From Candidatus Sumerlaeia bacterium (GTDB taxonomy: Bacteria; Sumerlaeota; Sumerlaeia; SLMS01; JAHLLQ01): a DNA stretch of 21,300 nucleotides. Below the pieces are notes generated by a model. The model was given only the letters and a program-made list of their open reading frames with translations. It did no database searches and had not been told where the DNA came from. The first letter of the stretch is position 1, and the number at the start of each line of letters is the position of its first letter. Made by a program: the position numbers and the translations under genes. This document shows, piece by piece, positions 1-8,635 of the stretch. Where the stretch lies: contig JANRMB010000161.1 in NCBI GenBank assembly GCA_033761985.1, positions 1 through 21,300 of the forward strand, read 5' to 3'.

Positions 1-84
1 CCCCACCGTGGCCGCCTCCACTTCCAGAAATAGACCCATTTCCGCGGAACTACACACCGCCCACAATCAGATTTTCTTACAGAA

Positions 85-125
85 ATTCAGGAAACTCGCA
101 GAACCCGCCGCCAAGCCTTTTCGAA
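85..125. repeat. Direct repeat copy A (about 41-bp core; diverged similarity continues to about position 53). Duplicates the last 10-12 codons plus stop of the PAP2 gene.
   Basis: aattcaggaaactcgcagaacccgccgccaagcctttt (85-121) matches aattcaggatacccgcagaacccgccgccaagcttttt (955-992). On the minus strand copy A still encodes ...FEKAWRRVLRVS*, with only synonymous differences in the RVLRVS codons. Further upstream, 'cgcccacaatcagat' (around 57-71) resembles 'cgcccacatagcagaat' (around 901-917). Confidence 0.75.
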
Positions 126-175
126 TATGTTCAATTTTGAAGCTTATTGACTCACGGAGTTTCGAGCGAGCCTCT

Positions 176-490
176 CTATTTTGAGATCGCCTCGGCACTT
201 GAGATGGATAGCTTCATTCCGAGGCTACGTAACACACTTCCAAGGGTTTCAAGGGTGGGATTTCCCTCTTCGGAAAATGCCTTATAGATGTTCCGACGGC
301 TGACATCGGATTCGCGTGCGATTCTCGTTGCTCCATGAATTTCAATCACTTGCCGCATAGCCAGCAGGAATGCACTGTAATCACCATCCTTTTCGGCTTC
401 CTCAAGGGAGACTTGGAGGAAGCTCCGAGCATAGTCCAAGTCGGCGAGTTGTTCCCGCATGTAATTCTGAAACGTTGGGTAATCAGCCAT
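176..490 (-). CDS. higA: HTH-type antitoxin of a HigB/HigA-like type II TA pair (addiction-module antidote protein, TIGR02684-like), 104 aa
   Basis: The track ORF 176..640 is an in-frame upstream extension. The real start is Met51 ('MADYPTFQNY...'), whose ATG (490..488) overlaps the toxin stop by 8 nt in the classic toxin-first higBA layout. The C-terminal 'LAMRQVIEIHGATRIARESDVSRRNIYKAFSEEGNPTLETLGSVLRSLGMKL' is the conserved HTH of this antidote family. Confidence 0.8.
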   Translation of the reverse strand: MADYPTFQNYMREQLADLDYARSFLQVSLEEAEKDGDYSAFLLAMRQVIEIHGATRIARESDVSRRNIYKAFSEEGNPTLETLGSVLRSLGMKLSISSAEAISK

Positions 491-821
491 TTTCTTTCTC
501 TTCCTTTCGATCAAGGTAATCACGCCAAAATTCATGAGCTTGTTTGATGTCGTGCGACTGGCTTTTCTTATCACCCCCGCATAGCAGAACAACCAAAGTG
601 TTCCCATCTTCACCAAAATAAACCCGATATCCTCCACCAAACGTCATTCTCAGTTCTTGAACACCACCACCAACAGATTTGTGATCGCCAAAGTTGCCAA
701 AGCCAACTCGAAGGATGCGGGCTTCTATCCGCTGACGGGTAGTCATGTCTCGCAAATCAGTTAGCCATTCCAAAAGGGGAACTTTACCGTTTTGCGTTTG
801 GTAGAAGATTATTGTTTTCAT
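483..821 (-). CDS. higB: RelE/ParE-superfamily toxin, HigB-like addiction-module killer protein (TIGR02683-like), 112 aa
   Basis: 112-aa ORF. The signature 'GGVQELRMTFGGGYRVYFGEDGNTLVVLLCGGDKKSQSHDI' matches the conserved core of this killer-protein family (GPGYRVYF...LLCGGDKSSQ). An RBS-like GAAAGGG sits 8 nt upstream of the ATG at 821. The stop overlaps the higA start. Confidence 0.85.
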   Translation of the reverse strand: MKTIIFYQTQNGKVPLLEWLTDLRDMTTRQRIEARILRVGFGNFGDHKSVGGGVQELRMTFGGGYRVYFGEDGNTLVVLLCGGDKKSQSHDIKQAHEFWRDYLDRKEEKENG

Positions 822-843
822 CGCCCTACCCTTTCTTCAATGT

Positions 844-855
844 GCACTATAGTGC
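844..855. promoter_or_regulatory. Perfect 12-bp palindrome GCACTATAGTGC (embedded TATAGT, -10-like) 23-34 nt upstream of the higB start; candidate autoregulatory operator/promoter of the TA operon
   Basis: Read directly: positions 844-855 are self-complementary. TA operons are typically autorepressed by the antitoxin binding palindromes that overlap the promoter. A TTGACT (-35-like) lies at 867..862 on the minus strand, but the spacing to TATAGT is non-canonical. Confidence 0.4.
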
Positions 856-954
856 GCGCGCAGTCAAATGTCATTGTCGCAATCCGCAAGAAAACAAAAC
901 GCCCACATAGCAGAATGTCTGAGTTAGCATAACCTACAGATGATTTGTTAGGTA

Positions 955-996
955 ATTCAGGATACCCGCAGAACCCGCCGCCAAGCTTTTTCCAAA
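955..996. repeat. Direct repeat copy B, the authentic 3' end of the PAP2 gene; partner of 85..125
   Basis: Same alignment as copy A. Copy B is contiguous with the PAP2 reading frame (…NFLEKAWRRVLRVS*, stop at 959..957). Confidence 0.75.
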
Positions 997-1640
997 AAGT
1001 TGGTTTGTTGCAGCAGCATCCAGAAGAGCATCCCCTGCCCCATTCCCACCAACACATCCGAAGGGAAGTGCGCCACATCCATTACCCGACTCCCGATGCA
1101 CAAAATCCCCAGCGCCACAAATAGCGGTGATGCTTTCGGGTAGTACGTGCAATAACCCATCATCAGAAAACCCGCCACTGTGGAATGGCCACTCGGGAAA
1201 CTCCAATAATCGGAATTCAACAGCAGCGACAAATCCTGCCGCCAAGCGACGAAAAATCGCCCCATTTCCTCCAAGGGGACTTCGGCAATAAAATCCTTTT
1301 TGCGATTATACTCGGGCCGCTCCCGACTGAACACAATCTTCAACAGGATATTGAACAATCCCGCCACATAACTCCCCACGATAATCCGAGGGAAGGCACT
1401 GTGGCGGTTTTGACAAAGAAAGAGGATCAGCGCACCGCCCAAAACGATTCCTGCCGTGGAGGCAAAAAACTTCCCGAGCATGAAGAAGTTCTCGTGATCG
1501 AGATACTCCTTCATGAACCTCATCAACTCATCGTTGAAGATCAACTCCACGGGAATCATCCCGAACCCTAGAAGAATCAGGAACAGGCTTGCCGGAAAAG
1601 CCACCGGATAAGAGCGGGGAAGTTCGGCAAGCCAGTTCAT
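957..1640 (-). CDS. PAP2-superfamily membrane phosphatase (phosphatidic-acid phosphatase type 2 / undecaprenyl-PP phosphatase-like), 227 aa
   Basis: Carries the three PAP2 signature motifs: KIVFSRERP (KxxxxxxRP), SFPSGHS (PSGH) and SRVMDVAHFPSDV (SRxxxxxHxxxD). Several hydrophobic spans are present. The start ATG at 1640 lies 2 nt after the thrS stop (1643). Confidence 0.8.
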   Translation of the reverse strand: MNWLAELPRSYPVAFPASLFLILLGFGMIPVELIFNDELMRFMKEYLDHENFFMLGKFFASTAGIVLGGALILFLCQNRHSAFPRIIVGSYVAGLFNILLKIVFSRERPEYNRKKDFIAEVPLEEMGRFFVAWRQDLSLLLNSDYWSFPSGHSTVAGFLMMGYCTYYPKASPLFVALGILCIGSRVMDVAHFPSDVLVGMGQGMLFWMLLQQTNFLEKAWRRVLRVS

Positions 1641-1642
1641 GG

Positions 1643-3802
1643 TTAGAAGGAGAGAGTTGCCTCAGCGGAGATTTTGGCGAGGAACTGTTCGATGGGGATA
1701 GCGCCCTGGTCCCCTTCGGAACGACTCCGAACCGCCACGGTGCGGTTGTTTTGTTCCTGCTCCCCAAGGATGAGCATGTAGGGGATTTTCTGCATTTGGG
1801 CGTCGCGGATTTTGGCTCCGACTTTTTCATCCCCGGCATCGAGCGTGGCACGGATTCCCGCTTTCTTCAGTAGTGCCGTTACCTCACGGGCGTAGGTAAT
1901 GTACTTCTCCGAAAGACTCATGACGCGCACCTGTTCCGGAGCAAGCCACGTGGGGAAGGCCCCGGCGAAGTGTTCGATCAAAATGCCGATGAACCGCTCA
2001 AAGCTGCCGTAGAGAGCGCGGTGAACAACGACGGGCATCGCTTCTCCCCCGTCGCTCGTGGTGTAGCGCAGATTAAACCGAGAAGGAAGCTGGTAATCGA
2101 GCTGAATCGTCGCCACCTGAAACTCACGTTTCAGACAATCGCGTACGATGAAGTCGATCTTCGGCCCGTAGAAGGCGCCATCGCCCTCGTTGATTTTGTA
2201 CTCCATGCCGTTCGCTTCAATCGCCTGCTTGAGTGCTGCTTCGGCACGGTCCCACTGCTCCTGTGTCCCCATGGCCTTCGCCGGTTTGGTGGAAAGAAAC
2301 ACGTTGGCAAATTCCATATCCACCGCCTTGTACACACGGCGAACCATGGCAATCACACGGGTGATTTCCTCGGCAATCATGTCCTCAGAAACAAAGATGT
2401 GGGCGTCGTCCTGACAGAATTGCCGAACGCGTGTGAGGCCGGAGAGCGTTCCGGAAGCTTCGTTCCGGTGAAGTACGCCTTGGTCACTGATGCGCAACGG
2501 AAGCTCACGGTAGCTACGGCGCCGATCCCCGAAAATCAGCATGTGGCAAGGGCAGTTCATGGGTTTGAGCGCCGCCACATCCCCTTCAGAGCCGGAAAGA
2601 AGGATGAACTCCCCTGCACGTTTTTCAAATACCTGCCAATACTTGCTGGCGATTTGTGGGCAAACACGAGGTTCGAGCATCAGCGTGAGGCGCTCTTCCG
2701 GAGTTTTTGCCGCCACAAGTTCTTCGTGGAGGTTTTTCTGATCCTTGATTTCATTCCAGAACTTGTTGGACCACTCCACCACTTCAGCCGGGGTCAGCAT
2801 CCGAGCTTCCTGCCCGGGAACGATGAACATGTCGTCGCGGTAATGCTTCCAGTGACCGCTTGTCTCAAAGAGATCCTTGCGGAAGAGCATCGGCGTAAAG
2901 ACTTCCTGATAATCCTGCTCCAAGTGAAGGTCGCTGCTCATGCGCTTCAGCACATCATACATTACCTTGCCCTTGGGAAGCCAGATGGTCTCCCCTGCCG
3001 CCCACTCATGGTGCATGAAGAGCCCGAGCTCCTTGCCCAACTTCCGGTGGTCGCGCTTTTTGGCTTCCTCTTGAATCTCCAAATATTCCTTGATGCCTTT
3101 TTTATCGGGGAAGGCCGTTCCGCGGATGCGGGTCAACTGATCGTTCCGGGAGTCGCCCTTCCAATAGGCGCCAGCCACGGAGAGGAGCTTGAAGTTCTTC
3201 AGAAAACCTGTATGAGGAAGGTGTGGGCCGCGGCACAAATCCACGAATTCCCCCTGCGCATACACACTGATGGTGTCTCCCTCGGGAATGCGTTCAATCA
3301 AATCCAGCTTATACTTTTCGTTGCGGGCGGCAAACAACTCGCGAGCCTCGGATCGGGTAATCTCCCGACGCCGAATCTCCAACGCCTCATTGGCAATTTT
3401 TTCCATCTCAGCTTCAATACGGGGAAAGTCCTCCACACCAATTGGGGGAACCGTCTTGATATCATACCAAAAGCCCTCTTCCGTGGGAGGGCCGTCTTCC
3501 AAATAGGCGTTCGGGTACAGGCGCTTCACGGCCTGAGCCATCATGTGGGTGCAACTGTGGCGAAGGATTTCCAAAGCCTCAGCATCCCGACTGGTGATGA
3601 GCGAAACTTGAGAATCAGCGGTAATCGGGAGGTTTAAATCCTGGGTTTTGCCGTTCACTTTGACGGCATAGCTCGCCTTGGCGAGACCTTCGCCAATGGA
3701 ACGGGCGATTTCCAGTCCCGTTACAGGGCCGGGAAAAGACTTCTGGGAGCCATCGGGAAGAGTGATCACGACGGGTTGTGCTTGGGGTTCTTGTGTGGAC
3801 AT
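1643..3802 (-). CDS. thrS: Threonine--tRNA ligase (ThrRS), about 719 aa from Met32 of the track ORF
   Basis: N-terminal TGS domain ('VITLPDGSQKSF'); 'RHSCTHMMAQA' corresponds to E. coli RHSCAHLLGHA; 'PMNCPCHMLIF', 'FYGPKIDF', 'RAxxGSxERFIGILxExxAGxFPxWLAP' and a C-terminal anticodon-binding domain are all colinear with E. coli ThrRS. An insertion of about 80 aa precedes the MNCP motif. Start is called at 'MSTQEPQ' (ATG 3802); the 31-codon upstream extension in the track is probably untranslated. Confidence 0.9.
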   Translation of the reverse strand: MSTQEPQAQPVVITLPDGSQKSFPGPVTGLEIARSIGEGLAKASYAVKVNGKTQDLNLPITADSQVSLITSRDAEALEILRHSCTHMMAQAVKRLYPNAYLEDGPPTEEGFWYDIKTVPPIGVEDFPRIEAEMEKIANEALEIRRREITRSEARELFAARNEKYKLDLIERIPEGDTISVYAQGEFVDLCRGPHLPHTGFLKNFKLLSVAGAYWKGDSRNDQLTRIRGTAFPDKKGIKEYLEIQEEAKKRDHRKLGKELGLFMHHEWAAGETIWLPKGKVMYDVLKRMSSDLHLEQDYQEVFTPMLFRKDLFETSGHWKHYRDDMFIVPGQEARMLTPAEVVEWSNKFWNEIKDQKNLHEELVAAKTPEERLTLMLEPRVCPQIASKYWQVFEKRAGEFILLSGSEGDVAALKPMNCPCHMLIFGDRRRSYRELPLRISDQGVLHRNEASGTLSGLTRVRQFCQDDAHIFVSEDMIAEEITRVIAMVRRVYKAVDMEFANVFLSTKPAKAMGTQEQWDRAEAALKQAIEANGMEYKINEGDGAFYGPKIDFIVRDCLKREFQVATIQLDYQLPSRFNLRYTTSDGGEAMPVVVHRALYGSFERFIGILIEHFAGAFPTWLAPEQVRVMSLSEKYITYAREVTALLKKAGIRATLDAGDEKVGAKIRDAQMQKIPYMLILGEQEQNNRTVAVRSRSEGDQGAIPIEQFLAKISAEATLSF

Positions 3803-4076
3803 GGTGGGAAATGACCCAACTTTCAAAGAAACTGGAGCCCTACGAGCGGCTCGGCACGGGAAACAAGCAGCAAAACAAGTGGCACTGTCAACCATGTTGG
3901 GTTTTGAAGGCGAGGTTAGAAGTGTTAGAAATTCACCAATAACCCGTGAGCAGGCAAGGTACTGATTCAGTGGGTAGGGAGTATTTTGAGATCTTGATCA
4001 CCTCTCTCGGATTCTGTAATTGCCCCTCTATTTCGACGTTGAGAGAATAGAATTACCTACCGATCCAGGATTTCGC

Positions 4077-7022
4077 ATGATACACCTGCGGCGTTTCCAT
4101 TTTTGTCTCAGCAGCGTGTTTCTGTTGGCGGCTTCCGTTGCAGGTGCAGCCACGGTGGATTTGTCCAGTGCCTTGGTGCTCGCTTCGGAAAAGCTCGATG
4201 AACCCGGGGTGTTTTATCTTCAATTGAATCCGGCAAATACCTACACGGGAAGCGCCTCCATTGGTTTTCCCTTGGAACTGGATTGCAACGGTGCCGTCTT
4301 GGATCTTGCTTCCAATCAATCAGGTGGTACATTTGCCGGAATCACGATTCTACCGGATCAATTGCTGCGGATTTCCAATGGTACGGTGCAAAATGCCGAT
4401 GTGGCGCTCAACTTTATGGGGAGGAGTTCGGGAACCATTCAACAGATGAATTTCACCCAATGTGAACAAGGTATCGCGCATCCGGGGAATGGCTCCCTGG
4501 TGATCGAACAAAGCCAATTCAGCAACTTTCCCACGGGAGACACCTGGGCAGTGAACGTTGGGTATGCGGGGAATCAAGGGGCGGTACATTTGACGGTGGA
4601 ACAGATCACGGTGACTGGTCCACGATTTGGGATTCAAGCCCGCACGGGTTCAACGGTAACGGTGACGGGTTCCGAGTTTGTTGGAGCGGAACAATCGATT
4701 ACTCTCGCTGGCGGAAGCCTTGGGATCACCGGGTTGAATACGTTTTCATCCGCTTCGTTTGTCCACGTGAATGCCAGCAATTACTTTGGGGATCGACCAG
4801 TACTAACGGTGACAGGGCAGGAGTTTCAGAGTGCCCCATTTGGAATTCTTGCGACTCGTTCCATCCTGAACTGTACCAACACCGTTTTCCAAAACTGCAC
4901 TCAAGGAATTTCCATTCAAGGCGGAAGTACCACAATATCAGGTGGGGAGTTTAACTCCTCCGAGGATACCGGGGTGATTGTTCTTCCCACACAAGATGGC
5001 GAAATCCCCACGATACAGCTCACGGGGACAGTGGTGGATTCCTGTGGCGTTGGTGTTAGTGTTACCAATGGCACAACCACTATCGATGAAGCCACATTCC
5101 AAAATAACATCCAAGGGATTGTAGCCCAAGGAGGCGACCTTACCGTAACGGATTCTCTGTTGGAAGAGTTTGTGTCAAACGCGGAAACGTATGGGATTCA
5201 AGCGTTGCCTCTTAATAACCAGCGCCCAGTGGCAGCGCTCCGGAACAACACAGTTCGTGATGCGGACTTTGGTTTTCTGGGAACAAACGCCCGCGTGGTG
5301 ATTGAATCATGCTCCTTCACAGGCCATGAACAGGGTATCGCTTTGTTGCAGGGGACGGGTGACTTCGGAAACCCATCCACGATAGTGGGAAGCACAGTCC
5401 AGAATTGCAGCGCTTTTGGTGTAAACATCCCCAACGGGGGATTTGTGAAGTTGGAAGACTCCCAAATTCTCCAGTGCTACATTGGTTTGGAAGTGGAAAA
5501 CGGCGTGAGTGCGGAATTGAATTCGGTTACCATTAATGGTTTGGGGCTGGTGACACCGGGAGTGGGAATCGGTGCCATTGGCAGTGTCACTTTGGACATC
5601 GATTCCAGCACCATTCAAGGGCATCTGAACAGCGTGTATTTGGAAAAGGACTGCTTGTTTACCTCTCGGAACACAGCGTTTCTCGATCCCTGTTTTTCCG
5701 GAATAATCTTTTACGACAACACAACAATCACCGTGGAAGATAGCAGCTTTCTGCGGAATGGTCAGGATGGTATCTTCACGGATGTGGAGATAACAGAGTC
5801 TGGTGTCACACGAGTCGCACGACCCAGTTTTTCCACGGTGCGGAGGAATCTTTTTGATGAAAGCGGCATCGGAGAGATTGATCCGGATTGCTCGCGATTC
5901 AATGCCGCGGGGACAGGGATTGCTCTTTTCGGGAACGGAAACCACACCATTGAATACAATACGATTTTGCGAAGCAGAGACGTGGGAATTGCCTTGCTCA
6001 ATGGCGCCACAGCCGCCATCCGCCGAAACACGATTCAGGATAATCGGGGGACAGGGATCTTTCTCCAGAGCGCCGGAAATGCCTTGGTGGAGGAAAACGT
6101 GGTGGCCTTCCACCAAAACTCCGAACAGGCAGGCGTACAGATTTTCGGAAGCAACGGGGCGGTGTCCTTCAATCGAAATCTGGTTCATGGGAACGAGATG
6201 GGTTTGATCAATCGCCATTCTGCAGATTATCACTACTGGACTGAGAACGTGATCAGCGGTCAGGAACAGTATGGATTTCTCATCGAAGAGGGACGGGCGG
6301 ATGGAGTTCGAAACGTCTTCCTTGAAAATACCTTATATCAAATATTCAGCAGTTCCACGGAGCGCACCGGCCTCACAGGGGGAGTGATTTTTTCCACCTC
6401 GCGGCGAGGTGTCTTTACGCAATCAACCACCGCGTTCACCTATTGCGTTCAGAATTGGTGGGGTGGAACTTCGGCAATCAATGAGGCGTTCAGCGTTGTT
6501 CCCCAAGGGCGCATGGGGTACCAGAATACCGACACCACACAGTTTTTGACCTCGCCAAGGCAGGACATATTCTACTGGATTGGAAACGGTGGGAATCCAT
6601 CAGTCATCTCCTCGGGGTCAACACCCTACGCCACTCTCACCACTGGAGTTTTGTCCTCACCAAAGGAAGCCCTTGTGGTGGTACGCGATACAACAGCAGG
6701 TGCTGCACCCATTGCCCCTGCAGGAGCCTTGATTCAGACTCCCGTGCATGTGTGGTCCACACGGGAGTTTGGGCTCGCAAACAGGGGAATCATCCTCCAA
6801 TTACGGGAGACATTCGAATCCAACAACACTATTACCTTGGCTCGATTCAATTCCACCAATCAGGTTTGGGAACCCATGGGGAAGGTTCTCGGTCGAGCAG
6901 TGGGGAACGAAACGGTTTTCCTTTCCCTGTTGGAAGAGCACCAACCTCTGGGAGTCTATTACTGGATTGAACTGGACGAACCGGCAGTGGAATTCAGGTC
7001 GGGCTGGTTGATCAATGGTTGA
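4077..7022 (+). CDS. Secreted right-handed parallel beta-helix repeat protein (PbH1 / pectate-lyase-fold), about 981 aa, function unknown
   Basis: Start chosen at 'MIHLRRFHFCLSSVFLLAASVAGAATV' (ATG 4077), which gives a classic signal peptide with an AXA-type site. The body has many repeats of the G-I/V-x-x-x-x-N/S-x-x-I pattern (for example NCTQGISIQGGSTTISGGEFN, DSCGVGVSVTNGTTTIDEATFQNNIQGIVAQGG, RDVGIALLNGATAAIRRNTIQDNRGTGIFL) diagnostic of the parallel beta-helix fold. The antisense ORF 5307..6233 is rejected. Confidence 0.75.
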   Translation: MIHLRRFHFCLSSVFLLAASVAGAATVDLSSALVLASEKLDEPGVFYLQLNPANTYTGSASIGFPLELDCNGAVLDLASNQSGGTFAGITILPDQLLRISNGTVQNADVALNFMGRSSGTIQQMNFTQCEQGIAHPGNGSLVIEQSQFSNFPTGDTWAVNVGYAGNQGAVHLTVEQITVTGPRFGIQARTGSTVTVTGSEFVGAEQSITLAGGSLGITGLNTFSSASFVHVNASNYFGDRPVLTVTGQEFQSAPFGILATRSILNCTNTVFQNCTQGISIQGGSTTISGGEFNSSEDTGVIVLPTQDGEIPTIQLTGTVVDSCGVGVSVTNGTTTIDEATFQNNIQGIVAQGGDLTVTDSLLEEFVSNAETYGIQALPLNNQRPVAALRNNTVRDADFGFLGTNARVVIESCSFTGHEQGIALLQGTGDFGNPSTIVGSTVQNCSAFGVNIPNGGFVKLEDSQILQCYIGLEVENGVSAELNSVTINGLGLVTPGVGIGAIGSVTLDIDSSTIQGHLNSVYLEKDCLFTSRNTAFLDPCFSGIIFYDNTTITVEDSSFLRNGQDGIFTDVEITESGVTRVARPSFSTVRRNLFDESGIGEIDPDCSRFNAAGTGIALFGNGNHTIEYNTILRSRDVGIALLNGATAAIRRNTIQDNRGTGIFLQSAGNALVEENVVAFHQNSEQAGVQIFGSNGAVSFNRNLVHGNEMGLINRHSADYHYWTENVISGQEQYGFLIEEGRADGVRNVFLENTLYQIFSSSTERTGLTGGVIFSTSRRGVFTQSTTAFTYCVQNWWGGTSAINEAFSVVPQGRMGYQNTDTTQFLTSPRQDIFYWIGNGGNPSVISSGSTPYATLTTGVLSSPKEALVVVRDTTAGAAPIAPAGALIQTPVHVWSTREFGLANRGIILQLRETFESNNTITLARFNSTNQVWEPMGKVLGRAVGNETVFLSLLEEHQPLGVYYWIELDEPAVEFRSGWLING

Positions 7023-7084
7023 CGTTTTCAATCAAGCCTGCACGCTGTTCTGTGTCCCCGAATTCATCCCTCAAAGGGTAGTGA

Positions 7085-8635
7085 ATGCTCCGTAACCTGT
7101 GGTCATCCTTTCTGGCAAAACTTCGGCAAATTGCCTTTGCCACGCGTTTGGCAGTGACCCTGCTCACCCTTTTGCTCTTGGTGTTCAATCTGGCGCTTTG
7201 GGTATTGGCGGTCCGCTTGTTTCAAATTCAGGAAACCGCAAGCCGCCAAACCATTCGAGCCAGTGGAGAATTGATTTCCAAAGCGATTTCCCCAAGCGAT
7301 TTGTTCTTTCTGCAAATTGCTTATGACCCCGTATTGGAAGCCACAGACTTTGAGCGTTTGGCCATTTACCAGGACAGCACCTCCGTGGCGAACCTGCAAA
7401 ACTCCTTCGCCAAATCAGCCTCCAACGATCCAGGAAATGAAGAATCCGGAGCGTTTGAATTAGCTCTGATTACTCCGGATGGTTGGCTGGCACTGGATGC
7501 CGAAGGACTGAAACTGGAACCTGTTCTTCCCACCTATTTTGATGCAGGAGAAACTCTCGATCGCGCGAAGGACGGTTTGGTTGCCCTGTCCCCTTGGACG
7601 AATCTCTCCCCCACGGAGGAGAATAATCAGGAAGGAATTCAGCGGATTCGCCATGCCTACTTCCCCATTTTTGCCTCAGAAAGCTCGATCCTTACCAACT
7701 CCTCTGCTCCACGAACTCCGATTGCGATTCTTCAACTCAGTTATCACGAACCCGTCTCACGATTAATGCTGGTTCTCCCCCGCCGATTGTCCCTCATCGC
7801 CCTCATCAGTTTCGTGTTGGTTGTTTCCCTTTGGATCGCTTTCAACCGCATTATCAGTCGCTCACTCAAAATCCAACAAGCCGCGGAACAGGGGGACAGA
7901 CTCCGAGCATTGGGGAACTTAACCGCCGGCGTGGCACATGAAATCCGCAACCCTCTGGGAATCTTGTTACTAACTCTGGAGGAACAGCGGGCGATTGTGC
8001 GGAAGATGGAAGATTCACCCCTGAAGCAAGACCTTCAAAAACTGGAGGGCGAACTCCACAGCGAAATCAAACGCCTAGAAGACTTGAGCGAACAATTCCT
8101 CGCCTTCACACGGGGACACGTCAGCAAAAAGCGCCTTCCCCTCGATCCGCCCAAACCGTTTCGTGAACTCACTGAGCAGACAGTAAAGTTATTCTCGAAG
8201 TCCCTGGCTTCGGATATCCGCATGGACTTTCAATCCACTTTGCAACCTGAGGATAAAGCGGCGGTGAATCCCCAGGAATGGCGTCAGATTCTTCTGAATA
8301 TCCTTCAAAACTCCGCTCAGGCCATGGAGCAAAAAAAAGGGGTGATCAAGGTGGAACAATTCCGCCAAAATCATCTATTGGTGACTATCGTAAAAGATAC
8401 CGGATTAGGGATGGACAAACAAACCATCGCACGAGTTTTTGATCCCTTCTTCACCACCCGCGCCGAAGGAACCGGCCTTGGGCTTTCACTCTGCAAAAAA
8501 CTGGTGGAAGATGCACGGGGTTCTTTGGAGTTGGAAAGCGAGCCGGGCAAAGGATGCACCGTCACCATACGTATCCCGGTGTTGAATACAGAGACGTTAA
8601 ACGAGCCGAGCTTATCCGGAATCAAGTCCTACTAA
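7085..8635 (+). CDS. Sensor histidine kinase (two TM helices flanking a periplasmic sensor of about 180 aa; HisKA + HATPase_c), 516 aa
   Basis: H-box 'LGNLTAGVAHEIRNPLGIL'; N/G boxes 'LLNILQNSAQAM', 'DTGLGMD', 'GTGLGLSLCKKLVE'. N-terminal TM 'LAVTLLTLLLLVFNLALWVLAV' and second TM 'LSLIALISFVLVVSLWIAF'. An RBS-like AAGGGTAG sits upstream of the ATG at 7085. Confidence 0.9.
   Translation: MLRNLWSSFLAKLRQIAFATRLAVTLLTLLLLVFNLALWVLAVRLFQIQETASRQTIRASGELISKAISPSDLFFLQIAYDPVLEATDFERLAIYQDSTSVANLQNSFAKSASNDPGNEESGAFELALITPDGWLALDAEGLKLEPVLPTYFDAGETLDRAKDGLVALSPWTNLSPTEENNQEGIQRIRHAYFPIFASESSILTNSSAPRTPIAILQLSYHEPVSRLMLVLPRRLSLIALISFVLVVSLWIAFNRIISRSLKIQQAAEQGDRLRALGNLTAGVAHEIRNPLGILLLTLEEQRAIVRKMEDSPLKQDLQKLEGELHSEIKRLEDLSEQFLAFTRGHVSKKRLPLDPPKPFRELTEQTVKLFSKSLASDIRMDFQSTLQPEDKAAVNPQEWRQILLNILQNSAQAMEQKKGVIKVEQFRQNHLLVTIVKDTGLGMDKQTIARVFDPFFTTRAEGTGLGLSLCKKLVEDARGSLELESEPGKGCTVTIRIPVLNTETLNEPSLSGIKSY

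Noticed and set aside
1-40. Possible minus-strand ATG at 39..37 opening a frame that runs off the left edge (MGLFLEVEAATVG…)
   Set aside because: Only 13 codons are visible and there is no SD or homology. It cannot be supported from this window.
176-640. 154-aa track ORF merging the higA and higB regions
   Set aside because: It is an in-frame upstream extension through the toxin gene. The biologically sensible start is Met51 (ATG at 490), overlapping the toxin stop as in other higBA pairs.
1970-3637. 555-aa ORF on the + strand
   Set aside because: It is entirely antisense to thrS, which has unambiguous ThrRS motifs. Its composition is low-complexity (R/H/G/L-rich), typical of the shadow frame of a GC-rich gene.
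5307-6233. 308-aa ORF on the - strand (plus 5803..6207 +)
   Set aside because: It is embedded antisense or out of frame in the beta-helix gene, whose repeat structure and signal peptide identify the real frame.
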